Positions 27,928 to 37,392 of a DNA stretch of 42,925 nucleotides are shown one piece after another. Each line of letters opens with the position of its first letter. The first letter of the stretch is position 1. Position numbers and translations under genes: made by a program. The DNA lies in assembly GCA_035656825.1 (NCBI GenBank), contig DASRRR010000110.1:1-42925 (forward strand), in the 5' to 3' direction. This stretch comes from Tepidisphaeraceae bacterium. GTDB taxonomy: Bacteria > Planctomycetota > Phycisphaerae > Tepidisphaerales > Tepidisphaeraceae. Under the pieces are notes generated by a model. The model was not told the DNA's origin and ran no database searches. It was given only the letters and a program-made list of their open reading frames with translations.

Positions 27928-29211
27928 ATGACGCCGCTGCGAACCATCCTCGCCATCCTGACATGCACGGCTTCTCTAACGCTGGCCGACACGGCCCCTT
28001 ACGACGACGCCCCGATCCATTATTCCACCACCCGCCCGGTCGACCCCGCCACCCGCCTCCAATCCCGCCTCGACGACGGCAGCGCCACCCTGGACTCCAC
28101 TTCCCCGGCCAATCTGCTGCGCTCGGTCCTGACCGCACTCAATGTCCCGGTCAGCTCCCAAACGCTGGTCTTCTCGCGCACCAGCCTCCAGCGGACCCTA
28201 ATTTCTCCGTCGAACCCCCGCGCCCTCTACTTCAACGACGACACTTACGTCGGCTACGTCCCTGGCGGACGCGTCGTTGAAATCGCCACCACCGATCCGC
28301 ACCTCGGCTCAACCTTCTACACCATCGACCAACACCCCCGATCCGCAGCCCACGTCATCCGCCAAACCGACAACTGCCTCGAGTGTCACGCCACCAACAT
28401 GACTCACGACCTCCCCGGCCTGATCATCCGTTCCGTCTTCCCCGACTCCACCGGCGAGCCGATCCTCCCCGCGGGCACCTTCCTGACCACCCACGAATCC
28501 CCGATCAGTCAGCGCTGGGGTGGATGGTACATCACCGGCTCGCTCCCCGGCGCGTCCATGGCCAACACACTCTTCGACGACACCGACCCGTCCAATCCCA
28601 AGCCGCTGCCGGCGCTGGACCCGACCAGGGAGTTCAACACATCCCTGTTTCCGACTCCTTACAGCGACCCGGTCGCGCTGCTGGTTCTTGAACACCAGGT
28701 CGAAGCCCATAACCGCCTCTCCCGCGCCCTCTACGCAAGCGAGCAGGCACTGCATGATGAAGAAGCGATTAACCGCGAGCTTGACCGCCACATCCCAGCC
28801 GGCACACACTCTGACTCGACGATCTCCCGCATCCATCACGCCTGCGACCCGCTCGTCGAATACCTGCTCTTTTCCAACGAAGCCCCTCTGCACGGCCCGA
28901 TCAGCGGTCCGACCTCCTTCGCGTCCGACTTCTCCAAACGAGGCCCGCGCGACCCGCTCGGCCGCTCCCTCCGCGACCTGGACCTGCGCACCCGTCTTTT
29001 CAAATATCCCTGCAGCTACCTGATCTACTCTCCGTCATTTGACTCCCTCCCCACTCCCGCGCTCGAATACGTCTACCAACGCCTATACGACGTCCTTACC
29101 GACGCCGACGATTCAAAATCTTTCGACAACCTCTCCGCCAACGACCGTCAGGCGATTCTTGAGATTCTTCGCGCGACTAAGCCGAACCTGCCGGCGTATT
29201 GGGCGCACTGA
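27928..29211 (+). CDS. secreted protein with a single CXXCH (c-type haem-binding) motif
   Basis: Signal peptide MTPLRTILAILTCTASLTLA; DNCLECHATNMTHDLPGL contains C-L-E-C-H; start at internal Met 27928 because the upstream part of ORF 27763 overlaps the previous gene and lacks signal-peptide logic. Confidence 0.55.
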   Translation: MTPLRTILAILTCTASLTLADTAPYDDAPIHYSTTRPVDPATRLQSRLDDGSATLDSTSPANLLRSVLTALNVPVSSQTLVFSRTSLQRTLISPSNPRALYFNDDTYVGYVPGGRVVEIATTDPHLGSTFYTIDQHPRSAAHVIRQTDNCLECHATNMTHDLPGLIIRSVFPDSTGEPILPAGTFLTTHESPISQRWGGWYITGSLPGASMANTLFDDTDPSNPKPLPALDPTREFNTSLFPTPYSDPVALLVLEHQVEAHNRLSRALYASEQALHDEEAINRELDRHIPAGTHSDSTISRIHHACDPLVEYLLFSNEAPLHGPISGPTSFASDFSKRGPRDPLGRSLRDLDLRTRLFKYPCSYLIYSPSFDSLPTPALEYVYQRLYDVLTDADDSKSFDNLSANDRQAILEILRATKPNLPAYWAH

Positions 29212-29240
29212 TCCCGCTCCTCTGCTATAACCCGCAGACT

Positions 29241-30494
29241 ATGTCCGAACCGACCATCGCTCCCGAGCCTGATCTGAACCAGCCCCCCAAGGGGGCGCTT
29301 GGCATCATCTTCCTCATTGCCTTAATCGACCTCTTGGGCTTTGGGATCATCATCCCGCTCATGCCCTTTTACGCCAAGATGTATGAGGCGTCCGCGTTGC
29401 AGGTCACCCTCCTCTTTTCCATTTACTCCATCTGCCAATTCATCGCCTCTCCGCTGCTGGGTGTGATCAGCGATCGGTATGGTCGGCGTCCCGTGCTGAT
29501 CCTCTCTCAGATCGGCTCAGCCATTGGCTATGTTCTGCTCGGCGCTGTCACACAGTTCCATTGGACCAGCGCAACGGTCGCACTTCTACTTATCTACACG
29601 TCCCGCATAATCGACGGCATCTCCGGCGGCAATATCTCCACCGCCCAGGCCTATATCTCCGACGTCACCACCGCCGCCAATCGCAGCAAAGGCCTCGGCG
29701 TGATCGGTGCCGCCTTCGGCATCGGATTCACCCTCGGACCCGCCTTCGGAGGCATCCTCGGCGGCATCCACCCCTCTTTCCCCGGCTACGCCGCCGCCTG
29801 CTTCAGCCTCCTCGCCGCCTTCCTGACCTACCTCAAACTCCCCGAATCCCGCCAGCATAAACCCGTCGAAGCCGAAGCCTGGCTGCACCCGCGCGTCTTC
29901 GTACCCATCCTCCGCAAGCGCATCCTCCTCCACCTCCTGCTCATCGGCACCGTCTCCATGGGCGCGTTCGTCATGATGGAATCCACCATTGCCATCTACC
30001 TCGCCCGCGACGACACCTTCCATTGGAACATGACTAAAGTCGGCCTCTACCTCTCCCTCGTCGGCCTGGTCATCGCCGGCGTGCAGGGCGGCTTGATCGG
30101 CCGCCTGACCAAGCTCTTCGGCGAATGGCCCCTCACCCAGACCGGCCCCCTTCTCGTCGCCGCCGGCATGGCGCTCTTCGTCGGCGTCGATTATCACCCG
30201 GTCCTCTACATCCTCATCCCCGCCGGCATCATCAACGCCACCGGCCGCAGCATCACCACCCCCACACTCTACGCCCTCATCTCCAAATCCTGCGCCCCGG
30301 ACGAACAAGGCACCGTCTTCGGGCTCCTCCAAGGCCTCTCCGGCATCGCCCGCGTCATCGGCCCCATCGTCGCCGGCATCGCCTACGAACATCACCCCAC
30401 CAGTCCCTACTGGCTCTCCGGCTCCATCATGCTCGCCGTCATGCTCTGGACAATTTCCGTCCACTCCATGTCCAAACGCACCGTGGCGATCTAA
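29241..30494 (+). CDS. MFS transporter (12-TM, Tet/TCR-like)
   Basis: LGFGIIIPLMPFY, GRRPVLILSQIGSAIGY, motif-A-like loop, 12 hydrophobic segments. Confidence 0.8.
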   Translation: MSEPTIAPEPDLNQPPKGALGIIFLIALIDLLGFGIIIPLMPFYAKMYEASALQVTLLFSIYSICQFIASPLLGVISDRYGRRPVLILSQIGSAIGYVLLGAVTQFHWTSATVALLLIYTSRIIDGISGGNISTAQAYISDVTTAANRSKGLGVIGAAFGIGFTLGPAFGGILGGIHPSFPGYAAACFSLLAAFLTYLKLPESRQHKPVEAEAWLHPRVFVPILRKRILLHLLLIGTVSMGAFVMMESTIAIYLARDDTFHWNMTKVGLYLSLVGLVIAGVQGGLIGRLTKLFGEWPLTQTGPLLVAAGMALFVGVDYHPVLYILIPAGIINATGRSITTPTLYALISKSCAPDEQGTVFGLLQGLSGIARVIGPIVAGIAYEHHPTSPYWLSGSIMLAVMLWTISVHSMSKRTVAI

Positions 30495-31057
30495 ACCGGA
30501 TCGGTAGAATTCCCCGCCGGCAACGACGGCTGATTACCGCCATCCGACATCATTTCGCTTACCACCTCTTTCGTCCGCTTATCATTCAAAAGCTGGCTGA
30601 TCAGCACCCGCCGATACCCCGTGCTGCGAAGCTGCTCCTTAATGGCATCCGTCCGCTCCTGCCGCAGCTTCTCATTCTGCGTGTATAACGCCTCTTCCAG
30701 CGCCTCGTTCTCCAGCAGCAGCGCGTACATCGCCTCCGCCTTTTTCCCGCCCGATGAAAACAACCCGCCAAACCCTGCGGCTTTCTTACGGTATTCCTCC
30801 ACGCGCTGGTTCAGCACCCGCACCTGCTCGGCCAGCGCCTCATTCTGCGCTTTCAGATTCGCCAGCTCCGTCTCATACAGAGTGCGAAATCCCTTCTGCG
30901 TCGTAAACAACTCCTGTTCCTTGGTCGCCAGATTCCGGCGATGCCCCACGCCGGCGAAGAATCGGCCCATCTGGTAGCCAAGGAAGAGAAGCACAATTAC
31001 CACCACCCCCGCGATGACGTAGAAGAGAATTTGGATGAGTTGGCTGTCGAAATGCAT
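30491..31057 (-). CDS. membrane-anchored coiled-coil protein (hypothetical; YhcB/DUF1043-like topology)
   Basis: N-terminal TM ILFYVIAGVVVIVLLFLGY followed by heptad-rich ELANLKAQNEALAEQVRVLNQRVEEYRKK. Confidence 0.45.
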   Translation of the reverse strand: MHFDSQLIQILFYVIAGVVVIVLLFLGYQMGRFFAGVGHRRNLATKEQELFTTQKGFRTLYETELANLKAQNEALAEQVRVLNQRVEEYRKKAAGFGGLFSSGGKKAEAMYALLLENEALEEALYTQNEKLRQERTDAIKEQLRSTGYRRVLISQLLNDKRTKEVVSEMMSDGGNQPSLPAGNSTDPV

Positions 31058-31151
31058 GCAATCATAGTAGCGTCAATCGCCGGATCGGGCAGCGCGGGAT
31101 AGAAGACTTATTTGGGACGTTCTGGCCGCTGGGGTAAAGTCATTGGCTGCG

Positions 31152-31952
31152 ATGAACCAGCCGCTTCCCTCTATCTCGATCGTCACGCCGTCCTACAACC
31201 ACGGGCGATTCATTGATCGAACCATCCAAACTGTCCTGAATCAATCGCTGCCTCCTGTCGAATATCGGGTCATGGACGGCGGATCGACGGATGAAACCAT
31301 CGCCATCCTGAAAAAGTATAGCGACCGCCTGCAATGGGTATCCGAAAAAGACAAAGGACAAGCCGACGCCATCGACCGCGGATTTCGCCAATGCACCGGC
31401 GATATCATTTCCTGGCTCAATTCTGATGATCGTTTCGCCAATGAAAACGTTCTCAAAAGAGTCGCGGAGGCGTTCGCGGCCGATGCAACCGTCGACATCG
31501 TCTACGGCGATGGCGAATTGATCGATCTGGATGGGCACTCTTTCCGGCAATCGCGCGGAGCCGCTGTCAAACAGGCGAAAGAGCTGCTCATCCTCCCGGC
31601 CGGCTTTGCGCTTCAGCCAGCGATCTTCTTTCGCCGGCAACTCTATCTCGATGCCGGCGGAATCGACGGCCGATTCTTTGGCGCATTCGACTATGACCTC
31701 TGGCTCAGAATGTTCGCAAAGGCCCGCCGAGTGACTTATCTCCCCGAAGTCCTCGCCCAGGCGACCTGCCACCCGGACGCTAAATCCGTCAAAGGAATGT
31801 GGCGGCTGATCGGCGAACTCGTCGAAATCAAACGCAAGAACGAACGCCCCTTCGCATTAACCTGGCTTGAGCGCATCCGCATGCGGATCAATGTGCTCGG
31901 TCTCTACGCCTACTACGTCGCCGTGCGCACCGGATTGCGGCGGGCGGTCTAA
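31152..31952 (+). CDS. glycosyltransferase family 2
   Basis: ISIVTPSYNHGRFIDRTIQTVLNQ...YRVMDGGSTDET...DKGQADAIDRG...WLNSDD (DxD). The ORF as listed begins at a TTG (31143); first ATG at 31152. Confidence 0.85.
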   Translation: MNQPLPSISIVTPSYNHGRFIDRTIQTVLNQSLPPVEYRVMDGGSTDETIAILKKYSDRLQWVSEKDKGQADAIDRGFRQCTGDIISWLNSDDRFANENVLKRVAEAFAADATVDIVYGDGELIDLDGHSFRQSRGAAVKQAKELLILPAGFALQPAIFFRRQLYLDAGGIDGRFFGAFDYDLWLRMFAKARRVTYLPEVLAQATCHPDAKSVKGMWRLIGELVEIKRKNERPFALTWLERIRMRINVLGLYAYYVAVRTGLRRAV

Positions 31953-33017
31953 ATGGGAAAACGACTCGGCATCAACCTCGTCTTCCTCAACCCTGACCGC
32001 GCCGGCGGCGCCGAAACCTACGCACGGTCCCTGCTGCGCGAATACCAGCAATTGGACCTCGACCTTGACGGCCGGATAAAACTCTTCGTCGGACGCAGGC
32101 ATGGATTGAATGTCGACCCCGAGCGTTTTGAGCTGGTCGAATGCAACATCAACCCCCGCCATCAATATCGCCGAATCATCTGGGAACAGACGCATCTGCC
32201 CGGCATTCTCAACCGCCATCGGTTGGACGTTGTGCATTTTCCTTATTCGGCCTATCCAATTCGCTATCGCGGGAAATGCGTCGTCTCTCTTCACGACACG
32301 ACGCGCTTCGTCGCACCGCGCGGCGTGCCGCGGGCGCAAATCTGGTATCGCCGCGTGATGGAAGAACGCCTGCGCGACCGCGGCCATCACGTTATCGCCG
32401 TCTCCCATGCCGATGCGGCAATCCTACAGCAGCATTTAGGTCTGCCGGATCAACAGATGTCCGTCGTGTATCACGGCGTGTCTGATCAGTTCCGCGTCGA
32501 ACGCCCTTTTGAAGGAACACGCGACTATCTCCTTTGGGTGGGCCGACCCTACGAACACAAGCGATTGGACACGCTTATCGAAGCCTATGAAATGATGACC
32601 AGCAACGCGCCGAAATTGAGGTTAATCGGCATAAACGATGCTTCACGTTTCAGCGTTGGAGCAAATGTATCCGTTGAAAAAGGCGTCAATCACACGGACC
32701 TGGCTGGTATCTATCAACGAGCACTAGCGCTTGTATTTCCAAGCTCATACGAAAGTTTTGGCTTGCCCGCGCTGGAAGCGATGGCGTCCGGCACAGCGGT
32801 GATCTGTTCCGACATCCCCGCTTTCCGCGAACTGTTCTCCGGAGCAGCGGAATTCACCAAAGTTGCGGATGCCGGCACTCTGGCACAAGGGATCGAAAAG
32901 ATTATTAAAAATCCCGCGCTCAGATGCGAAATGGAATTGAAAGGGATCGAACTCGCCCGGGAATTCACCTGGCGGCGGTGCGCAGAGGAGACGATGCGAA
33001 TCCTCAGGCGCGTTTGA
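31953..33017 (+). CDS. glycosyltransferase family 4 (GT-B, retaining)
   Basis: C-terminal GRPYEHKRLDTLIEAY...FPSSYESFGLPALEAMASGTAVICSDIPAFRELF (EX7E motif). Confidence 0.85.
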   Translation: MGKRLGINLVFLNPDRAGGAETYARSLLREYQQLDLDLDGRIKLFVGRRHGLNVDPERFELVECNINPRHQYRRIIWEQTHLPGILNRHRLDVVHFPYSAYPIRYRGKCVVSLHDTTRFVAPRGVPRAQIWYRRVMEERLRDRGHHVIAVSHADAAILQQHLGLPDQQMSVVYHGVSDQFRVERPFEGTRDYLLWVGRPYEHKRLDTLIEAYEMMTSNAPKLRLIGINDASRFSVGANVSVEKGVNHTDLAGIYQRALALVFPSSYESFGLPALEAMASGTAVICSDIPAFRELFSGAAEFTKVADAGTLAQGIEKIIKNPALRCEMELKGIELAREFTWRRCAEETMRILRRV

Positions 33018-33999
33018 ACTCGGGACGATGAGAAAGAGCCGTCAGCTTGGACCAGGCGCGTATCGTGCGCACACTGAGATACGCCAGCGGGAGGAGCATG
33101 GCGATGCAGAACCCTGACAGGTAGAAAGAGTAGGCGAAGCAGAACGAGGCGTCGTAGACGATAAGCCAGAGGAGGCCGACGAGCATCAGTTGCTGGCCGG
33201 CTTCGCGTGGGGTCGGAAAGCTGCGGCGAATGTAGAACGCGACGCCAAGGAAAACCGCCGCCGCCAGACACGGAATTAAAAGGCCCGGGGTGAGGAGCAT
33301 CACCTGTGAAAACGATCCTTCCGCCGAGCGATGCGCATAGATCGCGAGGATCACGATTGCGTTAATGCTGACCAGCGAAGTCACCACAAACGCCCAGTGA
33401 GCCCGTGTCAGTGGCGGACGCTTTTGCTCCCAGCGATACGCGACCGTCGAAAGGAGCGTAACGTGGTTGAGCAGCAGCAATGGCTGCCATAACACCGGCA
33501 GATGCGGGGCGGGGATGGCGGCGTGGAAAAATCGGATCAGGCCGAGCGTGAGAAGTCCGGGAGCGACCAGATATTTGCCGGCAAAGTCATAAAATGTGAT
33601 GAGCACGATTGCGAAGCAGACGATGATCACCGGGCGCTGGCCGAGCGCCGGAGAGAGCTGCGAATAAAACTCTGCCGAGCCGATCGCCAGTAGTGCCAGT
33701 GCCGCGGCAATGATATGGGCGGTGTTGACGCCAATCCGCCCCGAGGGGAGGGGGCGATGCGCCGCCGTCAAGGCATCGCGGCGGCGGTCGATGATGTCAT
33801 TGAGCGACATACCAAACCCGTATAAGCCAACAGAAAGCAGGACGACAAAGAGCAGCGCCAGCGGCGAAATGGGAAGGCCGGAAAAATGGCGGTGTAGTAC
33901 ATACGCACAGGAGGAATCCGCAATCGCTGTAAAGACCAGCGCCATGCGCGTCAGTTGCAACAGCGGAAGTAAGCGATTGGGAAGACGCATAGTCGGCAC
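33004..33999 (-). CDS. UbiA-family prenyltransferase (integral membrane)
   Basis: NDIIDRRRD (NDxxDxxxD) in first cytoplasmic loop, 8-9 TM segments; alternative start at MALVFT (33945). Confidence 0.75.
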   Translation of the reverse strand: MPTMRLPNRLLPLLQLTRMALVFTAIADSSCAYVLHRHFSGLPISPLALLFVVLLSVGLYGFGMSLNDIIDRRRDALTAAHRPLPSGRIGVNTAHIIAAALALLAIGSAEFYSQLSPALGQRPVIIVCFAIVLITFYDFAGKYLVAPGLLTLGLIRFFHAAIPAPHLPVLWQPLLLLNHVTLLSTVAYRWEQKRPPLTRAHWAFVVTSLVSINAIVILAIYAHRSAEGSFSQVMLLTPGLLIPCLAAAVFLGVAFYIRRSFPTPREAGQQLMLVGLLWLIVYDASFCFAYSFYLSGFCIAMLLPLAYLSVRTIRAWSKLTALSHRPEFKRA

Positions 34000-34058
34000 C
34001 AGACTCCTGATTCAGCCCGGCTTGGCAGGGTGGGGTGTCATGCCTATTGTAGCGAGCT

Positions 34059-34556
34059 ATGAGCATGAAAGCCCCAGCGGCCATTGCAACCCGGATTCCC
34101 TCATCCGCCCGCGTCGGTGTCGTAGCCGCTCGGTTTAATGCCGAGCTGGTCGACGAGCTATTAAAAGGCTGCTTGCAACGACTGAAAGAATTGGGCATTC
34201 CGGCGGCGCGGGTGACGGTGGAGCGCGTGCCGGGGGCGTTTGAACTGCCGGTGGCGGCGCAGGCGTTGTGCCGGACGAAGCGCTATGGGGCGGTGATTTG
34301 TCTGGGAGCGGTGGTGCGCGGGGAGACGCCTCATTTTGATTTCGTGGCGGGCGAATGCGCGCGGGGGATCGCGCGAGTGGGACTGGATGAGAATATGCCG
34401 GTGATTTTTGGCGTGCTGACAACCAACGACGACGACCAGGCCTGGGCCCGCGCCGGCGGCAAACACGGACACGTCGGCAAGCAATCCGCCGAGGCGGCGG
34501 TAGAGATGATCGGCGTGCTGAACCGATTGCGCCCCAAACGGCGGGTGCGGGCATGA
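34059..34556 (+). CDS. ribH: 6,7-dimethyl-8-ribityllumazine synthase
   Basis: VGVVAARFNAELVDELLKGC...VERVPGAFELP...GAVVRGETPHFDFVAGECARG... Confidence 0.9.
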   Translation: MSMKAPAAIATRIPSSARVGVVAARFNAELVDELLKGCLQRLKELGIPAARVTVERVPGAFELPVAAQALCRTKRYGAVICLGAVVRGETPHFDFVAGECARGIARVGLDENMPVIFGVLTTNDDDQAWARAGGKHGHVGKQSAEAAVEMIGVLNRLRPKRRVRA

Positions 34557-35506
34557 AACGCGTGGTGCGGCCTTTGATTTATCGTCTGCAACAATCGTTG
34601 CAACGCCGACGCCAGCAGCGAAAAGTCCAGCAGGCCTTGCGCCGCCGCCAACCCGCGGATCCGATTTTCATCTTCGGCTTATCCCGCAGCGGGTCCACCT
34701 GGCTGCAGGACACCATCGGCGCCTGGCACGGGACGGTTTCACTATTCGAGCCGATTCATAAAAAAAATCCCGAGACCATTGGCGCGTTCACGCTCGAAGA
34801 CTGGCGGCCGGGCCAGCAGATGAGCGCCGACGAGCGCCGCGTGCTCGACTCCATTCTGCGCGGAGAGATTTTAACCAAGCGCATTTTGCCCGCCGGACCG
34901 ATGCCAGATGAAATCAACCGTTTCTGCATCAAGTTAATCCACTGCAACAACGGCATGCCGCGCATGGTGCATGACCTGCGCCCACGCTACCGGCCGCTGA
35001 TCATTCTGCGGCATCCGTGCGCCCATGTTGCATCATGGAAACGGCTGAAATGGACCGAAAATTTCGGCGGCCTCGCCGGTCGATATAACGGCCTGCTGGC
35101 GGCGCACCCGCATTTGCGCGAACCCGTCAGCGGGCTATCAACGCCGCTGGATTGGATGGTCGGAAGCTGGTGCCTGGGAAATTATGTCCCGTTGGCGATC
35201 AAGCCTGCAAACCGGTGGACGGTTGTCCGATATGAATCGTTGTTAGCCGAACCGGAGCGAATTCTCGGAGAGATTTTTGCGACCTGGGGAGAGGCAGCCA
35301 TTCCCGCCGAAGTGCTGGGCGCGGTCGGGCGCGTAAGCCGGACCACCTGGCGAAAGGGGCAACCCGCCGGCGCGGTGGCGACAGCCAATTCCTGGCAGGA
35401 AGAGATCAGCCTCGAGGAGAGCCGACAGGTATTTGAAATCTGCCGACGTTTTGGGGTCGAGGTGGACGCTGGTGGATACATGATGAAATCGGGCGGGATC
35501 GGATGA
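34553..35506 (+). CDS. sulfotransferase-family protein
   Basis: IFIFGLSRSGSTWL (5'-PSB PAPS-binding loop), ...ILRHP... (3'-PB-like); start overlaps ribH stop (ATGA). Confidence 0.7.
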   Translation: MKRVVRPLIYRLQQSLQRRRQQRKVQQALRRRQPADPIFIFGLSRSGSTWLQDTIGAWHGTVSLFEPIHKKNPETIGAFTLEDWRPGQQMSADERRVLDSILRGEILTKRILPAGPMPDEINRFCIKLIHCNNGMPRMVHDLRPRYRPLIILRHPCAHVASWKRLKWTENFGGLAGRYNGLLAAHPHLREPVSGLSTPLDWMVGSWCLGNYVPLAIKPANRWTVVRYESLLAEPERILGEIFATWGEAAIPAEVLGAVGRVSRTTWRKGQPAGAVATANSWQEEISLEESRQVFEICRRFGVEVDAGGYMMKSGGIG

Positions 35507-36894
35507 GCCAGCGACGATCTCCGCCGGGACCTTGGAATCCGCCGCTGACGAGTTTGTGGCGGCAACGTGATCTATTGCGATTCCTTCTGCGAATCGGCTC
35601 GCAATACGGCGACCTCTGGCGCTTCCGCGTCGGCAGGCGAAATTATTATGTCCTCAACCATCCGGATCACATCCGCCAAGTCCTGATCGCCGACGCCTCC
35701 AAGTTCATCAAAGGCCCAGCGATTCGCAATGCGCGCATCACGCTCGGCGATGGACTACTCTCCAGTGAAGGCGACCTGCATAAGCAGCAGCGCCGGCTGA
35801 TTACCCCCGTATTTCATCCCACCCGCGTCGCAACCTACGCGGAGCGAATGGTGCAATGTGCTGAAACCATGTGCGCCCATTGGACTGACGGCCAGGTGAT
35901 CGATCTGCACCAGCGAATGACCGCCCTGACCCTCGACGTCGTCACTCAGGTCCTCTTCGGCGGAGAAATCGGCACCGATGTCGGACGCATCGGTGCTGCG
36001 ATGCACGTCCTGGTGAACATGTTTGACCGCGCAAGAAATCCACTGGCGCCACTGCTGAATAAATTGCCGCTGCCAAGTAATTTCCGGTTTCTGCGTGCGC
36101 TGCGCGAAGTGGAGGCAACGCTTCAGGGATTTATCGAAAACAAAAAACGCGGCAATCGCGATCCGAAAAATCCTCCGGATTTATTAGAACTGCTCCTGGC
36201 GACCGGCGGAATGTCGGATAAGCAATTGCGCGACGAAGCGGTGACGCTCTTCACCGCCGGCCACGAAACAACCGCCAACGCGCTGGTCTGGACGTGGTAT
36301 TTGCTCGCGCAGCATCCCGAGGCAGAGCAAAAGTTCCACGAGGAACTCGACCGTGTGCTTGGAGATCGCCTGGCGCGATCAGAAGACCTGGATCATCTGC
36401 CCTATACGCGCATGGTGCTATCCGAATCGATGCGGCTCTACCCGCCCGCGTGGATCGTGGCGCGCCAGGCGGTGGAGAATTACGAAATCGCCGGCTACCC
36501 CATCGCTGCCGGTTCAGTGCTGCTGATGAGTCAATATCTGATCCACCGCGACCCAAGGTTCTGGGGAGATGACCCGACCCGATTTGATCCAGGCCGATTC
36601 ACCGAAGACGCCAAATCCCAGCGCCCGCGCTGGGCCTACTTTCCCTTCGGTGCCGGCCCACGCTCCTGCATCGGCGAAGGTTTCGCCTGGGTCGAGGCGA
36701 TGCTGCTGCTGGCAACCATCGGCCGGCGCTGGCGCTTGCAACTCGTCGACCCACACCAAACGGTGCATTTGCACGCAACCATCACGTTGCGCCCCGAAAA
36801 TGCCATCCCAATGCGGCTGATCAGACGCAATCCCCCGCCGGGCGTTGCCAGCGTGACCCGCGTCTCTATACTGCCACGCGATGCTGACGGTTAA
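35503..36894 (+). CDS. cytochrome P450
   Basis: I-helix FTAGHETTANAL, ExxR ESMRLYPP, haem-binding FPFGAGPRSCIGEGFA; start overlaps the sulfotransferase stop (ATGA). Confidence 0.9.
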   Translation: MSQRRSPPGPWNPPLTSLWRQRDLLRFLLRIGSQYGDLWRFRVGRRNYYVLNHPDHIRQVLIADASKFIKGPAIRNARITLGDGLLSSEGDLHKQQRRLITPVFHPTRVATYAERMVQCAETMCAHWTDGQVIDLHQRMTALTLDVVTQVLFGGEIGTDVGRIGAAMHVLVNMFDRARNPLAPLLNKLPLPSNFRFLRALREVEATLQGFIENKKRGNRDPKNPPDLLELLLATGGMSDKQLRDEAVTLFTAGHETTANALVWTWYLLAQHPEAEQKFHEELDRVLGDRLARSEDLDHLPYTRMVLSESMRLYPPAWIVARQAVENYEIAGYPIAAGSVLLMSQYLIHRDPRFWGDDPTRFDPGRFTEDAKSQRPRWAYFPFGAGPRSCIGEGFAWVEAMLLLATIGRRWRLQLVDPHQTVHLHATITLRPENAIPMRLIRRNPPPGVASVTRVSILPRDADG

Positions 36895-37381
36895 GGAACG
36901 ACAACGCGTGCGCGAACTGGCGATGCAGGTCCTTTTTGCCTGGGACGCCGCCGGTACGGGCACCGCGGACGAAGCCGCCGCCCGCCAGATCATGCACGAC
37001 GGCAGCGACAACCCCGTCGTGCGCCAGCAAGCGGGCGAACTGGCACTAAAAACCTGGGACCAGCGCGAGATGATCGATCAGCGCCTGGAGCGCTTTGCCC
37101 CGAATTGGCCCCCACGCCGCCAGCCGGCAGTCGATCGCAATCTGTTGCGATTGGCGGTCTATGAACTCACCAACACAACTCTCCCGCCACAGATTTTGAT
37201 CGACGCGGTGATTGAGATCGCCCGCCAATTTTCCACCTCCAACAGCTCCGCGTTCGTCAACGGCGTGCTCGACGCGATCCTCAAAGAACACAACGCCCTG
37301 ATCGCGGGCCTCCCCCCGGCGGTGGTCGAACCCATCCCCGCCCCGACCGAAGGGACCGGCCCCGGAGAAGTCATCGAGTAA
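36881..37381 (+). CDS. nusB: transcription antitermination factor NusB
   Basis: RQRVRELAMQVLFAWDAAG...AVDRNLLRLAVYEL...IDAVIEIARQF...FVNGVLDAI; overlaps P450 3' end by 14 nt. Confidence 0.85.
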   Translation: MLTVKERQRVRELAMQVLFAWDAAGTGTADEAAARQIMHDGSDNPVVRQQAGELALKTWDQREMIDQRLERFAPNWPPRRQPAVDRNLLRLAVYELTNTTLPPQILIDAVIEIARQFSTSNSSAFVNGVLDAILKEHNALIAGLPPAVVEPIPAPTEGTGPGEVIE

Positions 37382-37392
37382 CGCAACACATC

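Noticed and set aside
34000-34058. FMN riboswitch upstream of ribH
   Set aside because: Looked for it; the intergenic space to the divergent UbiA gene is only ~59 nt, too short for an RFN element.
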